Assembly: GCA_046758745.1 (NCBI GenBank)
Contig: JBHIAV010000003.1
Span: 32,001 to 96,000, forward strand
Source of the DNA: Gemmatimonadota bacterium
GTDB lineage: Bacteria > Gemmatimonadota > Gemmatimonadetes > Palauibacterales > Palauibacteraceae
DNA: 64,000 bases
Reading direction: 5' to 3'
This document shows, in pieces, positions 11,248 to 20,763 of this stretch. The notes under the pieces were generated by a model. It saw nothing but the letters and a program-made list of their open reading frames with translations. It was not told where the DNA came from and searched no databases. A program made the translations under genes and the position numbers. The number at the start of each line of letters is the position of its first letter. The stretch's first letter is position 1.

Positions 11248-12060
11248 GTGATTCCACCGAAGAAGCGCGATGAGGCAAGGGCCGGAAGGGGCACGAAAGA
11301 GGGCGGGCGTCGCGGCGCTGTGGCGCCCCGCACCTTCACGGATCGCAAGAGCAACTCGGAGATGGTCCTTGCCGATTCCGAGCGCACCTTCAAGGTGGTG
11401 GAACGCGCGCTCCGCGAGCTGTGGGATGTGGTGGACGAGCTCGCGCGCATCCTCCCAACGCAGCCGGAGTACTATCGCGTCACCATATTCGGCTCCTCTC
11501 GCATGAACGCGGGCGATCCCCTGTACGCGGACGTCCGCCGCTTGGCCAAGGAGCTCGCCGGGATGGGGTGCGACATCGTGACGGGAGGGGGACCGGGCCT
11601 CATGCAGGCGGCGAACGAGGGGGAGCGGCTCGGAGACACGCTGCAGAGGACGCGCTCCTACGGGCTCAACGTCGAGCTCCCGCACGAGCAGATGCCGAAC
11701 CCTTTCGTCGAGAAGCTGTACCACCACAAGACCTTCTTTTCACGCCTGCACCATTTCGTGAGGCTCTCCAGCGCCTTCGTGGTCGTGCAGGGCGGGATCG
11801 GCACCTCCCTCGAAACGATGCTCGTCTGGCAGCTCTGCCAGGTCAGACACGTGCACGACCGCCCGCTCGTCCTGGTTGGACAGATGTGGAGGGGTCTCGT
11901 CGCGTGGGCGCGTGAGTACATGGTGGAGTCGGGCCAACGGCTCGCCGACCCGGAGGACCTCCAGATCCCGATCTGTGTCGACACCGTGGACGAGGCGGTG
12001 GAGGTCGTCCGGAAGGACCTGGAGCGCTGGAACGCGGCGAGGGCGGGTAAGACTCCGTGA
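11248..12060 (+). CDS. LOG/Rossmann-fold nucleotide-binding family protein
   Basis: VTIFGSSR, VTGGGPGLMQAANEG, LPHEQ.PNP, GGIGTSLE; start uncertain (11248 or 11362). Confidence 0.88.
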   Translation: MIPPKKRDEARAGRGTKEGGRRGAVAPRTFTDRKSNSEMVLADSERTFKVVERALRELWDVVDELARILPTQPEYYRVTIFGSSRMNAGDPLYADVRRLAKELAGMGCDIVTGGGPGLMQAANEGERLGDTLQRTRSYGLNVELPHEQMPNPFVEKLYHHKTFFSRLHHFVRLSSAFVVVQGGIGTSLETMLVWQLCQVRHVHDRPLVLVGQMWRGLVAWAREYMVESGQRLADPEDLQIPICVDTVDEAVEVVRKDLERWNAARAGKTP

Positions 12061-12368
12061 ACTTCTAGGGCGGCCTCCCGCCGCTTGCTGCATGACGTGC
12101 GCCCCGGCAACCCCGCGGCGCGCTCGCTCTCAGACTCCTCACGCCCCTCCTTCCATCGCCTCGCCGGGGCGGCGAGGCGGGCAGAGCTTCCGCTCACCAG
12201 CAACGGAGATCGGGAATGCAACGTTGCTTCCGCTCAAGCTGACCTGAGTCAGGCCGGCCGGCGACGAGGGTTCACCCCACGGTCAACCCTTTCGCCGCGC
12301 GCGGAGTCTAAGCGTTGGGTGTGGGGAGGATCCGGCCGCGTGCGGCGCGGCCGACGCCCCACTACAGC

Positions 12369-12420
12369 GGGCGGTGGACGCGAGACTCCGGGCGGTGGAC
12401 GCGAGACCCCGGGGCGGTGG
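12369..12420 (+). repeat. 21-bp tandem repeat (about 2.5 copies), intergenic
   Basis: GGGCGGTGGACGCGAGACTCC / GGGCGGTGGACGCGAGACCCC / partial third copy. Confidence 0.85.
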
Positions 12421-12471
12421 CACCCGCATGCCGGAAGAACCGAAATGTGCCGGGCGTGGAGGGTGGCGAGC

Positions 12472-14745
12472 ATGCGGAGCCTCATCCTGGCGGCGCTGCT
12501 GGCTCTGCCGATCGGCAGCTTGCAGGCCCGGTCCTCGTCGACCGAACAAGATCCCGAGACCTCCTCTTTCTTCGAGCCCAACATCCAACCGATCCTCCAG
12601 GTGCGTCGCGCAGCCGGCGATATCGAGATCGACGGTGCTCTCGATGATCCCGGCTGGGCCGGAGCGGCGCGAGCCACGAACTTCGCCGAGAACTGGCCGC
12701 GGGAGAAGGGAGAGCCGCCGGTGGAGAGCGAGGTTCTGGTCAGCTACGACGAAGACAATCTGTACCTTGGGTTCATCGCGCAGGACGATCCGAGCAGCAT
12801 CCGGGCGTCTCTGCGGGATCGGGACGAGATGTGGTCGGACGACTACTTCGGTATCCTGCTCGACACGTATGGCGACGCGTCGTGGGCTTACTTCCTGTTC
12901 GCCAACCCATTCGGGATCCAGGGAGACTCGCGATTCGTCTCCAGTGGAGGCGAAGATGACAACTTCGACATCATCTACTACACGGAGGGGCAGATCACGG
13001 AGACCGGGTACGTGATCGAGATGGCGATCCCCTTCAAGAGCCTCCGCTTCCCGGACCGGCCGGTCCAGGAGTGGCGCGCGACGTTCTGGCGAACGCGTCC
13101 GCGGGAAAGCCGTTCCACCTACACGTGGGCCGCCATGGATCGGGATGAATCCTGCTTCCTGTGTCAGTTCGGAACGCTCGCCGGAATGGAAGGAGTGAGG
13201 CCGGGCGGAGCGCTGGAGATCATTCCGTCGGTGGTCACCTCCCAGGTAGGGATCCTGCGTGACGCCTCCGATCCCAATTCGGGAATCGAGAACGGGGGCG
13301 TGGATGGTGATGGCGCGCTCGGCATTCGCTACGCGTTCCCCAACGGAATCACGGCCGAGGTGGCGATCAATCAGGACTTCAGCCAGGTCGAGTCGGACGT
13401 CGCGCAGATCGACGTGAACACTACCTTCGCCCTCTTCTTCCCGGAGCGCCGACCCTTCTTCCAGGAGGGAAGCGACCTGTTCGATACCTTCATCAACGCC
13501 GTCTACACACGCTCGATCAACGACCCACAGGTCACGGGCCGCCTGACCGCCCGGATGGGACGAACGAGCTTCGCGTACATCGGAGCCCGGGACGAGAACT
13601 CGCCGCTCCTCATCCCGTTCGAGGAGCGGAGCTTCATCGGCCAGGCGGGCAGGAGCTTCACGAACATCGGACGTGTGAAGCAGACGCTCTACTCCAACGC
13701 GTACGTGGGCGCGCTGTTCACGGATCGTCGTTTCGAAGGCAACGACGGATCGGGCAGCGTCTTCGGAGCGGACGGCGTATTTACTCTGGGGCAAAAGCAC
13801 CGGGTGGAGTGGCAGATTCTGGGCAGCCGCACCTCGGAGCCCAACGATCTGAGCCTCACGGATGGCGTCGACCACCTCGATTTCGCCCGCGGGGCGCACA
13901 CGGCCGCCTTCGATGGGGAGTCCTTCTGGGGCTACGCCCAATACACGAGCTTCGAGCGAAGCGCCCGCACGTGGAACTTCCACTTCAGGTATTCGGCTCT
14001 CAGTCCCACCTTCCGCGCCGACAACGGGTTCGAGACGCGGAATGACAACCGCCGGCTCACCATGTGGCAGTCGCTCGCGTTCTACCCGAACAGCTCCATC
14101 CTGGACCAGATCCGACCCGGATTCTTCGCCAGGCGCTCGTGGAACTTCGACGGCGTGCGAAAGCGCGATCTGGTGGAACCTACGCTTTCCCTCAATCTGA
14201 AGGCGCAGACCTTCCTCAACGTGTGGTACGACTTCGGGCGCGAGCGTTTCCAGGAAATCGAGTTCGACGGCATCCGTCGCTGGGGCGCATTCGTGAATTC
14301 GAACTTCAGCGATCCCGTGAAGCTCGGGTTCTTCGTCTCACACGGGCGCTCGATCGCCCGCAACCTCGACACTCCGGTGCTCGGTACGAGCACGGACTTC
14401 GAGCTGTTCGGCAGTTTCAAGCCGCACACGCGGCTGGTCATCCAGCCCTCGCTCACCTTCTCCGAGCTCAACGAGCCGAACGGAGACGAGGTGTTCAGCG
14501 GGTACATCCTCCGAACGCGCACGAATCTCCAGTTCACGCGCGAGCTCTTCCTGCGGCTCGTAGTCCAGTACAACGACTTCGGCCAGCAGCTCAGCATCGA
14601 GCCGTTGCTCACCTACAAGGTGAACCCGTTCACCCTCTTCTTCATCGGCTCGACGCTCGCCTACCGGAACTACGAAGAGCCCGATGTATTCGCTCAGACG
14701 GAGCGGCAGTTCTTCGCCAAGTTCCAGTACCTGCTGCGGCTTTAG
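12472..14745 (+). CDS. CBM9-like plus DUF5916 outer-membrane beta-barrel protein
   Basis: Signal peptide; IDGALDDPGW, EMAIPFKSLRF, NQDFSQVESD, FFPERRPFFQEG; C-terminus FAKFQYLLRL. Confidence 0.85.
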   Translation: MRSLILAALLALPIGSLQARSSSTEQDPETSSFFEPNIQPILQVRRAAGDIEIDGALDDPGWAGAARATNFAENWPREKGEPPVESEVLVSYDEDNLYLGFIAQDDPSSIRASLRDRDEMWSDDYFGILLDTYGDASWAYFLFANPFGIQGDSRFVSSGGEDDNFDIIYYTEGQITETGYVIEMAIPFKSLRFPDRPVQEWRATFWRTRPRESRSTYTWAAMDRDESCFLCQFGTLAGMEGVRPGGALEIIPSVVTSQVGILRDASDPNSGIENGGVDGDGALGIRYAFPNGITAEVAINQDFSQVESDVAQIDVNTTFALFFPERRPFFQEGSDLFDTFINAVYTRSINDPQVTGRLTARMGRTSFAYIGARDENSPLLIPFEERSFIGQAGRSFTNIGRVKQTLYSNAYVGALFTDRRFEGNDGSGSVFGADGVFTLGQKHRVEWQILGSRTSEPNDLSLTDGVDHLDFARGAHTAAFDGESFWGYAQYTSFERSARTWNFHFRYSALSPTFRADNGFETRNDNRRLTMWQSLAFYPNSSILDQIRPGFFARRSWNFDGVRKRDLVEPTLSLNLKAQTFLNVWYDFGRERFQEIEFDGIRRWGAFVNSNFSDPVKLGFFVSHGRSIARNLDTPVLGTSTDFELFGSFKPHTRLVIQPSLTFSELNEPNGDEVFSGYILRTRTNLQFTRELFLRLVVQYNDFGQQLSIEPLLTYKVNPFTLFFIGSTLAYRNYEEPDVFAQTERQFFAKFQYLLRL

Positions 14746-14994
14746 ATGCGGGGGAGCGATCGGAGAGAGGGAGCGCGGCCGCCGAGATAGGCGGATGGCC
14801 GCGGGGCCGGCCGCCAGAGATCCGCTCGGCTTACGCTATGCCGGCGGTTCGCGCGAAGGAAACCAACCCCCTCCATCGAGGTAATATGCAGCTGGAGGCA
14901 CGCCGGCTCGGGCTGGATCAGCGGCCGGAGGGCGTTCCATGCTGCCTCTGCCCGGGCCTCGGTCGACCACCCGAACACCCATCAGAGAAGGAAA

Positions 14995-15813
14995 ATGCGC
15001 TTGGGGCGCACGCCCTCCTCGGTGCGGCGTATCGCGCGGAATGGGCCCCACTTCAGGCGTGTCAGCCGGCGATACGATGCGCTGCGGACGTTTCACGGGA
15101 GCGTCGTAGAGAGGACCGTCGAAGCTCTCGAGCCGCTCCGGCGACCGATCACCCTGGTCGACGTCGGGGTGGGTACGGGCAGGTATCTCCTGCCGATTTT
15201 CCGGCGCCTGGAGGAGGAGGCGCCCGGATCGGTGCGCGCCGTCGGTGTGGACGCGGAATCGGCGATGCTCGAACGGTTCGTGGGGCGGGCCGGTGCCGCG
15301 AGCCGCCTGACGGCCCTCGTAGCCGATGGACACCGACTTCCCCTACCAGACGGCGTCGTAGGCGCGCTCCTCCGCTTCAACGCGATACACCACCTCGAGC
15401 TACGCTCATTCCTCGCCGAGGCGGCACGCGTCCTCCTACGCGGCGGCCGGTTGCTTCTTTACACGAGGACTCCGGAGCAGAACCGACGCACGATCTGGGG
15501 GCGATACTTCCCCCTCTTCGCCGATAGGGAGAGACGTCTGCACTCGGCAGAGCGAATTCAACAGCTGCTCGAGCGGGCCGGCCGGTTCCAGCTCCTCGAG
15601 CTCGCTTCGGTGCGGCATGTCGAGCGCACGTCTCCACAGCGTCTGCAAGAGCAGGCTCGTCTCCGGCATTACTCCACCTTCGAGCTGTATACGTCGGAGG
15701 AGTTCCGGCACGCTCTCGAGCTTTTCCGGCATCGCCTGGAGGTTGAGCTCGACGGGGAGCGGACGATCGAGGTCACCCATGAGAACACGTGGGTAGCCGC
15801 GGAACGTGTCTGA
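14995..15813 (+). CDS. class I SAM-dependent methyltransferase
   Basis: LVDVGVGTGRY, GVDAESAML, ADGHRLPL, AIHHL, ARVL..GG. Confidence 0.82.
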   Translation: MRLGRTPSSVRRIARNGPHFRRVSRRYDALRTFHGSVVERTVEALEPLRRPITLVDVGVGTGRYLLPIFRRLEEEAPGSVRAVGVDAESAMLERFVGRAGAASRLTALVADGHRLPLPDGVVGALLRFNAIHHLELRSFLAEAARVLLRGGRLLLYTRTPEQNRRTIWGRYFPLFADRERRLHSAERIQQLLERAGRFQLLELASVRHVERTSPQRLQEQARLRHYSTFELYTSEEFRHALELFRHRLEVELDGERTIEVTHENTWVAAERV

Positions 15814-15911
15814 TCGGAGACCCTGGCCCGAGGACGTCCCTTCAGGTTCCCTTCGACCTCACGACCACCGTGCGCACGATGCTCATCGTGCAGCGCCTGA
15901 CGGTTCCGGTC

Positions 15912-17099
15912 CTACAGTATCTCGAAGCCCACGGCGGGGGGCGTCGCCGGCGCGACCGAAGGAGCCCGCACGGCCCGAGGGGTCGCCGGCACCACCATCT
16001 CCGGGATCCGGATCCCCCGGATCTCGAACTCGGGCACGACGATCTCCGGCACCACCATCTCCGGGATGGCGAACTCCGGCAGGACGATCGAACGGGTCGA
16101 GATCTCGGGGATCGTGAACGAGGGAATCGTGAACTCTGGGATCACGAGCGGAGCCACATCGAACTCCGGGACCTCGAAGGAGAACTCCTCCGGGCCATCG
16201 AATTCGAAGTAGAAGGCCTGCTCGGAAGGAGGCCCGAAGTGAAGGCGGGAGCCCTCTCGCTCGGGGAGCTCGACCGTCAGGCTCCTTTCGCGCTTGTCTC
16301 GCAGAATCGTCACCGTGATCGGCCCGGCCTCCGCGTCTCGGACGGCACGGGCCGCGTCGCCGGGATCCTCGATCTCCACGTCGCCGATCCGCGTGATCAC
16401 GTCCCCCGCCTTGAGCCCTGCTTTCTCGGCCGGCGAGTCCTCGCGCACGGAGGAGATGAGCGCGCCCTTGCCGTCAGACGCGCCGAAGTACTCCCCGAGC
16501 TGTTCGCTGAGGCTCTGCATTACAACCCCCAGCCGGCCCCTCTCCGCGTTGATGAAGATGCTGTACGCCCCGCCCGGCCCCACATGGCGCATGCGCTCCT
16601 TCATCGACTCGCCCAGCTCCCTCATCTCTTTCATCCGCCGCTCGTGGGCGCGCGCCCACGCCCTCCTCCCCGGACGCTCGCCCAATGTGACGGAGATCTC
16701 CCGCTCGTCCCCGTCCCGCCACACCCCGAGCCTCACCGTGCGATCGGCCGGTGTCTCTCGAACGAGACGCCGGAGCTGCATCGCGCTCTCCACCCGGGCC
16801 CCGTTCCAGCTCAGGATGATGTCGTCCTTCTCCAGCCCCGCCTCGGAGGCCGGGCTCTCCTCGGAGATATCCGTCAGGAGGGCACCGCGGGGCTCCGAGA
16901 GGCCGAGGCGGTCCGCCGCCTCCCGGTCCACCTCCTCGATGTACACGCCCAGGTAGCTTCCGCCGGCACCGAACGCGAAGGCCCGAACACGCGGTTCGGG
17001 GGCGTCCTCCTTCTCCTGCGCCCGGAGCGAGGAGGAGAAACCGGCGACGGCGGCGGTGGCGAGCAGAGCGCCGAGGACCAGCAGCAGCCTGCGTCTCAT
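15912..17099 (-). CDS. exported tandem-PDZ protein (no protease domain) with repetitive C-terminal tail
   Basis: Signal peptide; YLGVYI..SPASEAGLEKDDII and RLGVVM..SPAEKAGLKAGDVI; AAGGAG RBS. Confidence 0.85.
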   Translation of the reverse strand: MRRRLLLVLGALLATAAVAGFSSSLRAQEKEDAPEPRVRAFAFGAGGSYLGVYIEEVDREAADRLGLSEPRGALLTDISEESPASEAGLEKDDIILSWNGARVESAMQLRRLVRETPADRTVRLGVWRDGDEREISVTLGERPGRRAWARAHERRMKEMRELGESMKERMRHVGPGGAYSIFINAERGRLGVVMQSLSEQLGEYFGASDGKGALISSVREDSPAEKAGLKAGDVITRIGDVEIEDPGDAARAVRDAEAGPITVTILRDKRERSLTVELPEREGSRLHFGPPSEQAFYFEFDGPEEFSFEVPEFDVAPLVIPEFTIPSFTIPEISTRSIVLPEFAIPEMVVPEIVVPEFEIRGIRIPEMVVPATPRAVRAPSVAPATPPAVGFEIL

Positions 17100-17314
17100 C
17101 TTCCTATCTCCTTGCCATAAAGCGCGTTGCTAACCATCCGGCCGCGCCGGCGCCCTCGTCGCCGCGGATCGAGGCGAGCGATCCGCCTGCGATCCGGCGG
17201 CCCGAGGATCGGCGCACTACCCTCGCTTTCACACGGTTGGACATACCAGGCGTCCGCCGAGTTGCCCGGACACGGTACGGGCCACTCCCACGCCGGCGAC
17301 GGGGCGGCGTCCGG

Positions 17315-18241
17315 CTACGGCGCGGCTACGCGCCGCGACCCGGAGGAGCCGCCACCACGCCGGGGCGGAGCCACGATGCGGATCGCGCCCGGGAGCACCT
17401 CGAAGCTCAGAGGCCCTCCGGGACACCTCTCGCCGTCCACGTTGCACTCGCCCGGTGGATCCAGCTCGAGCCGGACGCGGCGGGCCCGGCGCAGGAGGAG
17501 GCGGCGGCTCCCGGCCTGGCGCCCGAGCAGGATCCGCAGCGCCTCGGCGGCCAGCCGCGGGCCGGACAGGGCGGGCATGATCATGAGATCGAGCAGGCCA
17601 TCGTCGGGGCGCGCGGCCGGGGCGAGCGGGATGCGACCCCCGGCGAAGCGTCCGTTCGCCACCACGACCATCACGCTCTCGAGATCGATCTTCTCGTCCC
17701 CGTCGAGCTCGACGTGGGTCCGATAGGGCCGTAGCGCTCCCACCTCGCCGATCGCCGCGCGCAGGTAGGCGAGCGGGCCCCACCTTCTCTTCATCACGGG
17801 GTCCATGCGTCGGTCGATCGTACCGCCGTAGCCGGCGACAAGCGCGTTCACGAAATGGCCGGATCGAGCGCCCGCCACGCGAACCACATCCAGCCTGCGC
17901 TCGGGACCCGCGCGAAGGAGGTCGATGGCCGGCTCCACCCTGCGAGGGATGCCGTAGCTTCGCGCCAGGTCGTTTCCCGTCCCGAGCGGGATGAGGCCGA
18001 CCCGCACGGCGGGGAAGCCGGGCGCGAGCCCGGCGACGACCTCGCTCACCGTGCCATCGCCGCCAGCGGCCACGATCGTCTCGAACCCGGCCGCCGCCGC
18101 CTCGGCGGCCAGCTTCGAGGCGTCGCCGGGCGCACCCGTCACCCGCACCTCGGCGCCGGGGAGCCGGGCGGCCGCGGCGCGCAGGACGGACGGGTCTGTG
18201 CCGCTGCCCGACACGGGGTTAAGTATTATGCATGTGCTCAT
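17315..18241 (-). CDS. diacylglycerol/lipid kinase family (YegS/DagK-like)
   Basis: ILNPVSG, AAGGDGTVSEV, IPLGTGNDLAR, NGRFAGG, DDGLLD, NVDGE. Confidence 0.92.
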   Translation of the reverse strand: MSTCIILNPVSGSGTDPSVLRAAAARLPGAEVRVTGAPGDASKLAAEAAAAGFETIVAAGGDGTVSEVVAGLAPGFPAVRVGLIPLGTGNDLARSYGIPRRVEPAIDLLRAGPERRLDVVRVAGARSGHFVNALVAGYGGTIDRRMDPVMKRRWGPLAYLRAAIGEVGALRPYRTHVELDGDEKIDLESVMVVVANGRFAGGRIPLAPAARPDDGLLDLMIMPALSGPRLAAEALRILLGRQAGSRRLLLRRARRVRLELDPPGECNVDGERCPGGPLSFEVLPGAIRIVAPPRRGGGSSGSRRVAAP

Positions 18242-18339
18242 CCTTTCATATCTTGCGGGCGCGGGGCCGGTCGGGGCCATACCGATGCGGCGGGCCGGCC
18301 ACGCGATCGCGCGGCGCGGCCCCCCTCTCCTGAGAGCGC

Positions 18340-19593
18340 GTGTCTCCCCCGCGTGTGGTGATCCTCGGAGCCGGCTTCGGCGGCCTTACCTGCGCGAGGG
18401 CCCTCTCCGGCGAGCCGGTTCGCGTCATCCTCATCGACCGGAACAACTACCACCTCTTCACGCCCCTCCTGTATCAGGTGGCGAGCTCGCTCCTCAACCC
18501 GAGCGACATCGCCTACCCGGTGCGCACCGTCTTCCGCCGCTCGAAGAACGTGCGCTTCCGGGTGGGCGAGGCGGACGGCATTGATTTCGATCGCAAGTTC
18601 GTCCGCATGCGCGACGGGGATGTGCTACCGTACGACTTCCTGGTGATCGCGACGGGAAGCGCCACCAACTACTTCGGGATGCGGGACATCGAAGCGGGAG
18701 CGCTCGGGCTCAAGGACATGCCGGAGGCGCTCCAGCTCCGGAACCACATACTCCGCTGCTTCGAGGCGGCCTCGCGCGAGCCCGATCCCGTGCGACGCCG
18801 GCGGTGGCTCACCTTCGTGGTCGTCGGGGGTGGGCCGACGGGCATCGAGTACGCGGGCGCCCTGGCCGAACTGGTGCGCCTCGAGCTCGGCAGGGACTTC
18901 CCGGAGCTGGACATGGCCGAGGTGCGGATCATCCTGCTCGAGGCCACGGGCCGGCTGCTCGCCGCATTCTCGGAGGAGCTCGGAGAGGACGCGCGGCGGC
19001 GGCTCGAACGCCGGAGGATCGAGGTTCGGCTGGACACCCCGGTAGAGGCGACGTCCGATGGAGCCGTCCGGCTGTCCGGGGGGCAGACCCTGGAGACGGA
19101 GACCCTGGTGTGGGCGGCCGGCGTGAAGCCCGGTGGCTTCGCGGCACATATCGAGCTCCCCGCCACGCGCAGCGGCCGCATCCGGGTGGACGAGTACCTG
19201 CGCGTCCCCGGCCGGGAGGGCGTGTTCGCGATCGGCGATGTCGCCGGCGCCGTGCAGGACGGAACCGAGCTGCCGATGCTGTCGGCGCCCGCCATGCAGG
19301 AGGCGCGGAGCGTAGCCCGGAACATCCTCGCCGAGCTGCGGGGAAAGCCACCGAAGCCCTTCCGCTACCGCGACAAGGGGATCATGGCGACGATCGGACG
19401 GAACGCGGCGGTGGCCGAGATCGGGCGCTTCAAGCTGCGCGGGTTCCTCGGGTGGCTCGCCTGGCTGCTCGTCCACCTCTACTTCATCATCGGCTTCCGA
19501 AACCGGCTGTGGGTGCTCGCCGGCTGGGCGTGGAACTACTTCTTCTACGACCGACCGATCCGTCTGATCGTAGGATCAAAGCGCTACAGATAA
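18340..19593 (+). CDS. ndh: type II NADH:quinone oxidoreductase
   Basis: VVILGAGFGG, FTPLLYQVA, VVVGGGPTGIE, WAAGV, YRDKGIMATIGR. Confidence 0.92.
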   Translation: MSPPRVVILGAGFGGLTCARALSGEPVRVILIDRNNYHLFTPLLYQVASSLLNPSDIAYPVRTVFRRSKNVRFRVGEADGIDFDRKFVRMRDGDVLPYDFLVIATGSATNYFGMRDIEAGALGLKDMPEALQLRNHILRCFEAASREPDPVRRRRWLTFVVVGGGPTGIEYAGALAELVRLELGRDFPELDMAEVRIILLEATGRLLAAFSEELGEDARRRLERRRIEVRLDTPVEATSDGAVRLSGGQTLETETLVWAAGVKPGGFAAHIELPATRSGRIRVDEYLRVPGREGVFAIGDVAGAVQDGTELPMLSAPAMQEARSVARNILAELRGKPPKPFRYRDKGIMATIGRNAAVAEIGRFKLRGFLGWLAWLLVHLYFIIGFRNRLWVLAGWAWNYFFYDRPIRLIVGSKRYR

Positions 19594-19733
19594 CGGCCGC
19601 AGGATCGTGCCGAGATCGATCCGGTCCCTCCGGGTCCTGGGGCATTCTCATCGCTTCCGCCTCGTCCCTTGACGGAGCGGTGTGCATATAGTTAGCTTGA
19701 AATGTTAGTTGACCAGCGGAGATCGAACATCGG

Positions 19734-19758
19734 ACCTGGCTGACGCCGGGTTTTTTTT
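19734..19758 (+). terminator. intrinsic terminator-like hairpin with U tract between ndh and csp
   Basis: ACCTGGC-TGAC-GCCGGGT followed by a T run. Confidence 0.6.
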
Positions 19759-19910
19759 GGCTGGTTGACCACTCCGCTGCGATCCGTCGGCCAGCAGCCG
19801 GCGGGCCGCGTGGGAGCGTCCAACGCGGCAAGTCCGCGACAACAGTGGGTCGGTACGTGCGGCAAATCCGGACTCCGATCACACCACCGATTAACAGAGG
19901 GAGTACGGCA

Positions 19911-20123
19911 ATGCCGATCACGGGGAAAGTAAAATGGTTCGATGATGCCAAGGGTTTTGGCTTCATCACGCGCGACGATGGGCAGAAGGACTGCTTCGTC
20001 CATCATTCCGCCATCCAGAGCGCCGGCTTCAAGTCGCTGAGCGAAGGCGACATCGTGCAGTTCGATGTCGTGCAGGGCCAGAAGGGGCCCGCGGCCGAGA
20101 ACGTGAGAAAGGTCGACGCCTGA
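19911..20123 (+). CDS. cold-shock protein (CspA family)
   Basis: [48 protein letters not shown]. Confidence 0.96.
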   Translation: MPITGKVKWFDDAKGFGFITRDDGQKDCFVHHSAIQSAGFKSLSEGDIVQFDVVQGQKGPAAENVRKVDA

Positions 20124-20147
20124 GGAAACACACCTGAGGCAAGGCAG

Positions 20148-20191
20148 CGAAACGGGCCTTCCTCGAGACCCGAGGAGGGCCCGTTTCGTTT
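20148..20191 (+). terminator. long hairpin / terminator after csp
   Basis: CGAAACGGGCCTTCCTCG pairs with CGAGGAGGGCCCGTTTCG, followed by TTT. Confidence 0.7.
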
Positions 20192-20213
20192 CATGCAAAG
20201 AGCAGAGGTGATA

Positions 20214-20420
20214 GTGATCAGTGTGATTCTAAAGGAAGGCGACAGCCTGGATTGGGCGTTGAAGCAGTTTCGACGCAAGATGATACGGTCCGGACTGTTC
20301 AAGGACATGAAGAAACGACGCTTCTACGAGAAGCCCAGCGCGGCGCGGAGGCGCAAGTCGGCCGTGGCGAAGCGAAAGCGGCTCCGTTCCCTTCGGCGAG
20401 CCGCGCGTAAGAGATGGTAA
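20214..20420 (+). CDS. rpsU: 30S ribosomal protein S21
   Basis: SLDWALKQFRRK...KKRRFYEKPS, basic C-terminus; GTG start (20208 or 20214). Confidence 0.92.
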   Translation: MISVILKEGDSLDWALKQFRRKMIRSGLFKDMKKRRFYEKPSAARRRKSAVAKRKRLRSLRRAARKRW

Positions 20421-20763
20421 GGGTGGCGTGGCGGTGATCTCGGACACAATTCGGAAGACAGCCGAGATCAGGTCCCTCCTTGGATTTCGGATCGGAATTA
20501 TGCACTTCAACGACACAATTCCGTTTCGGATTGTCTAATCGCAAAGATGCCGGTCGTGGCTTGAATCTACACACGCCCGGCTGATACCGGAGGGCAGGCG
20601 CCCGTTGACAGTGCACCGGGCGGCTTCGGTCCAACGCTCGCTCGGCGCGTGTTCGAGAGACTCGAGCGCGGGCAGCAATGCGGGCCAAGGGGGAGTCTAG
20701 TGGCTGCCTCGGCGAGAAGCCGGGGGCGGCGGGGCGAGCGAGGCGGGCCGATGCCTCCGGTCT

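Noticed and set aside
12085-12471. N-terminal extension of the DUF5916 protein
   Set aside because: Arg/Gly-rich open frame through a tandem repeat; the signal peptide starts at 12472.
14742-14978. 78-aa minus-strand ORF between the DUF5916 and methyltransferase genes
   Set aside because: No recognisable motif or RBS; cannot be supported.
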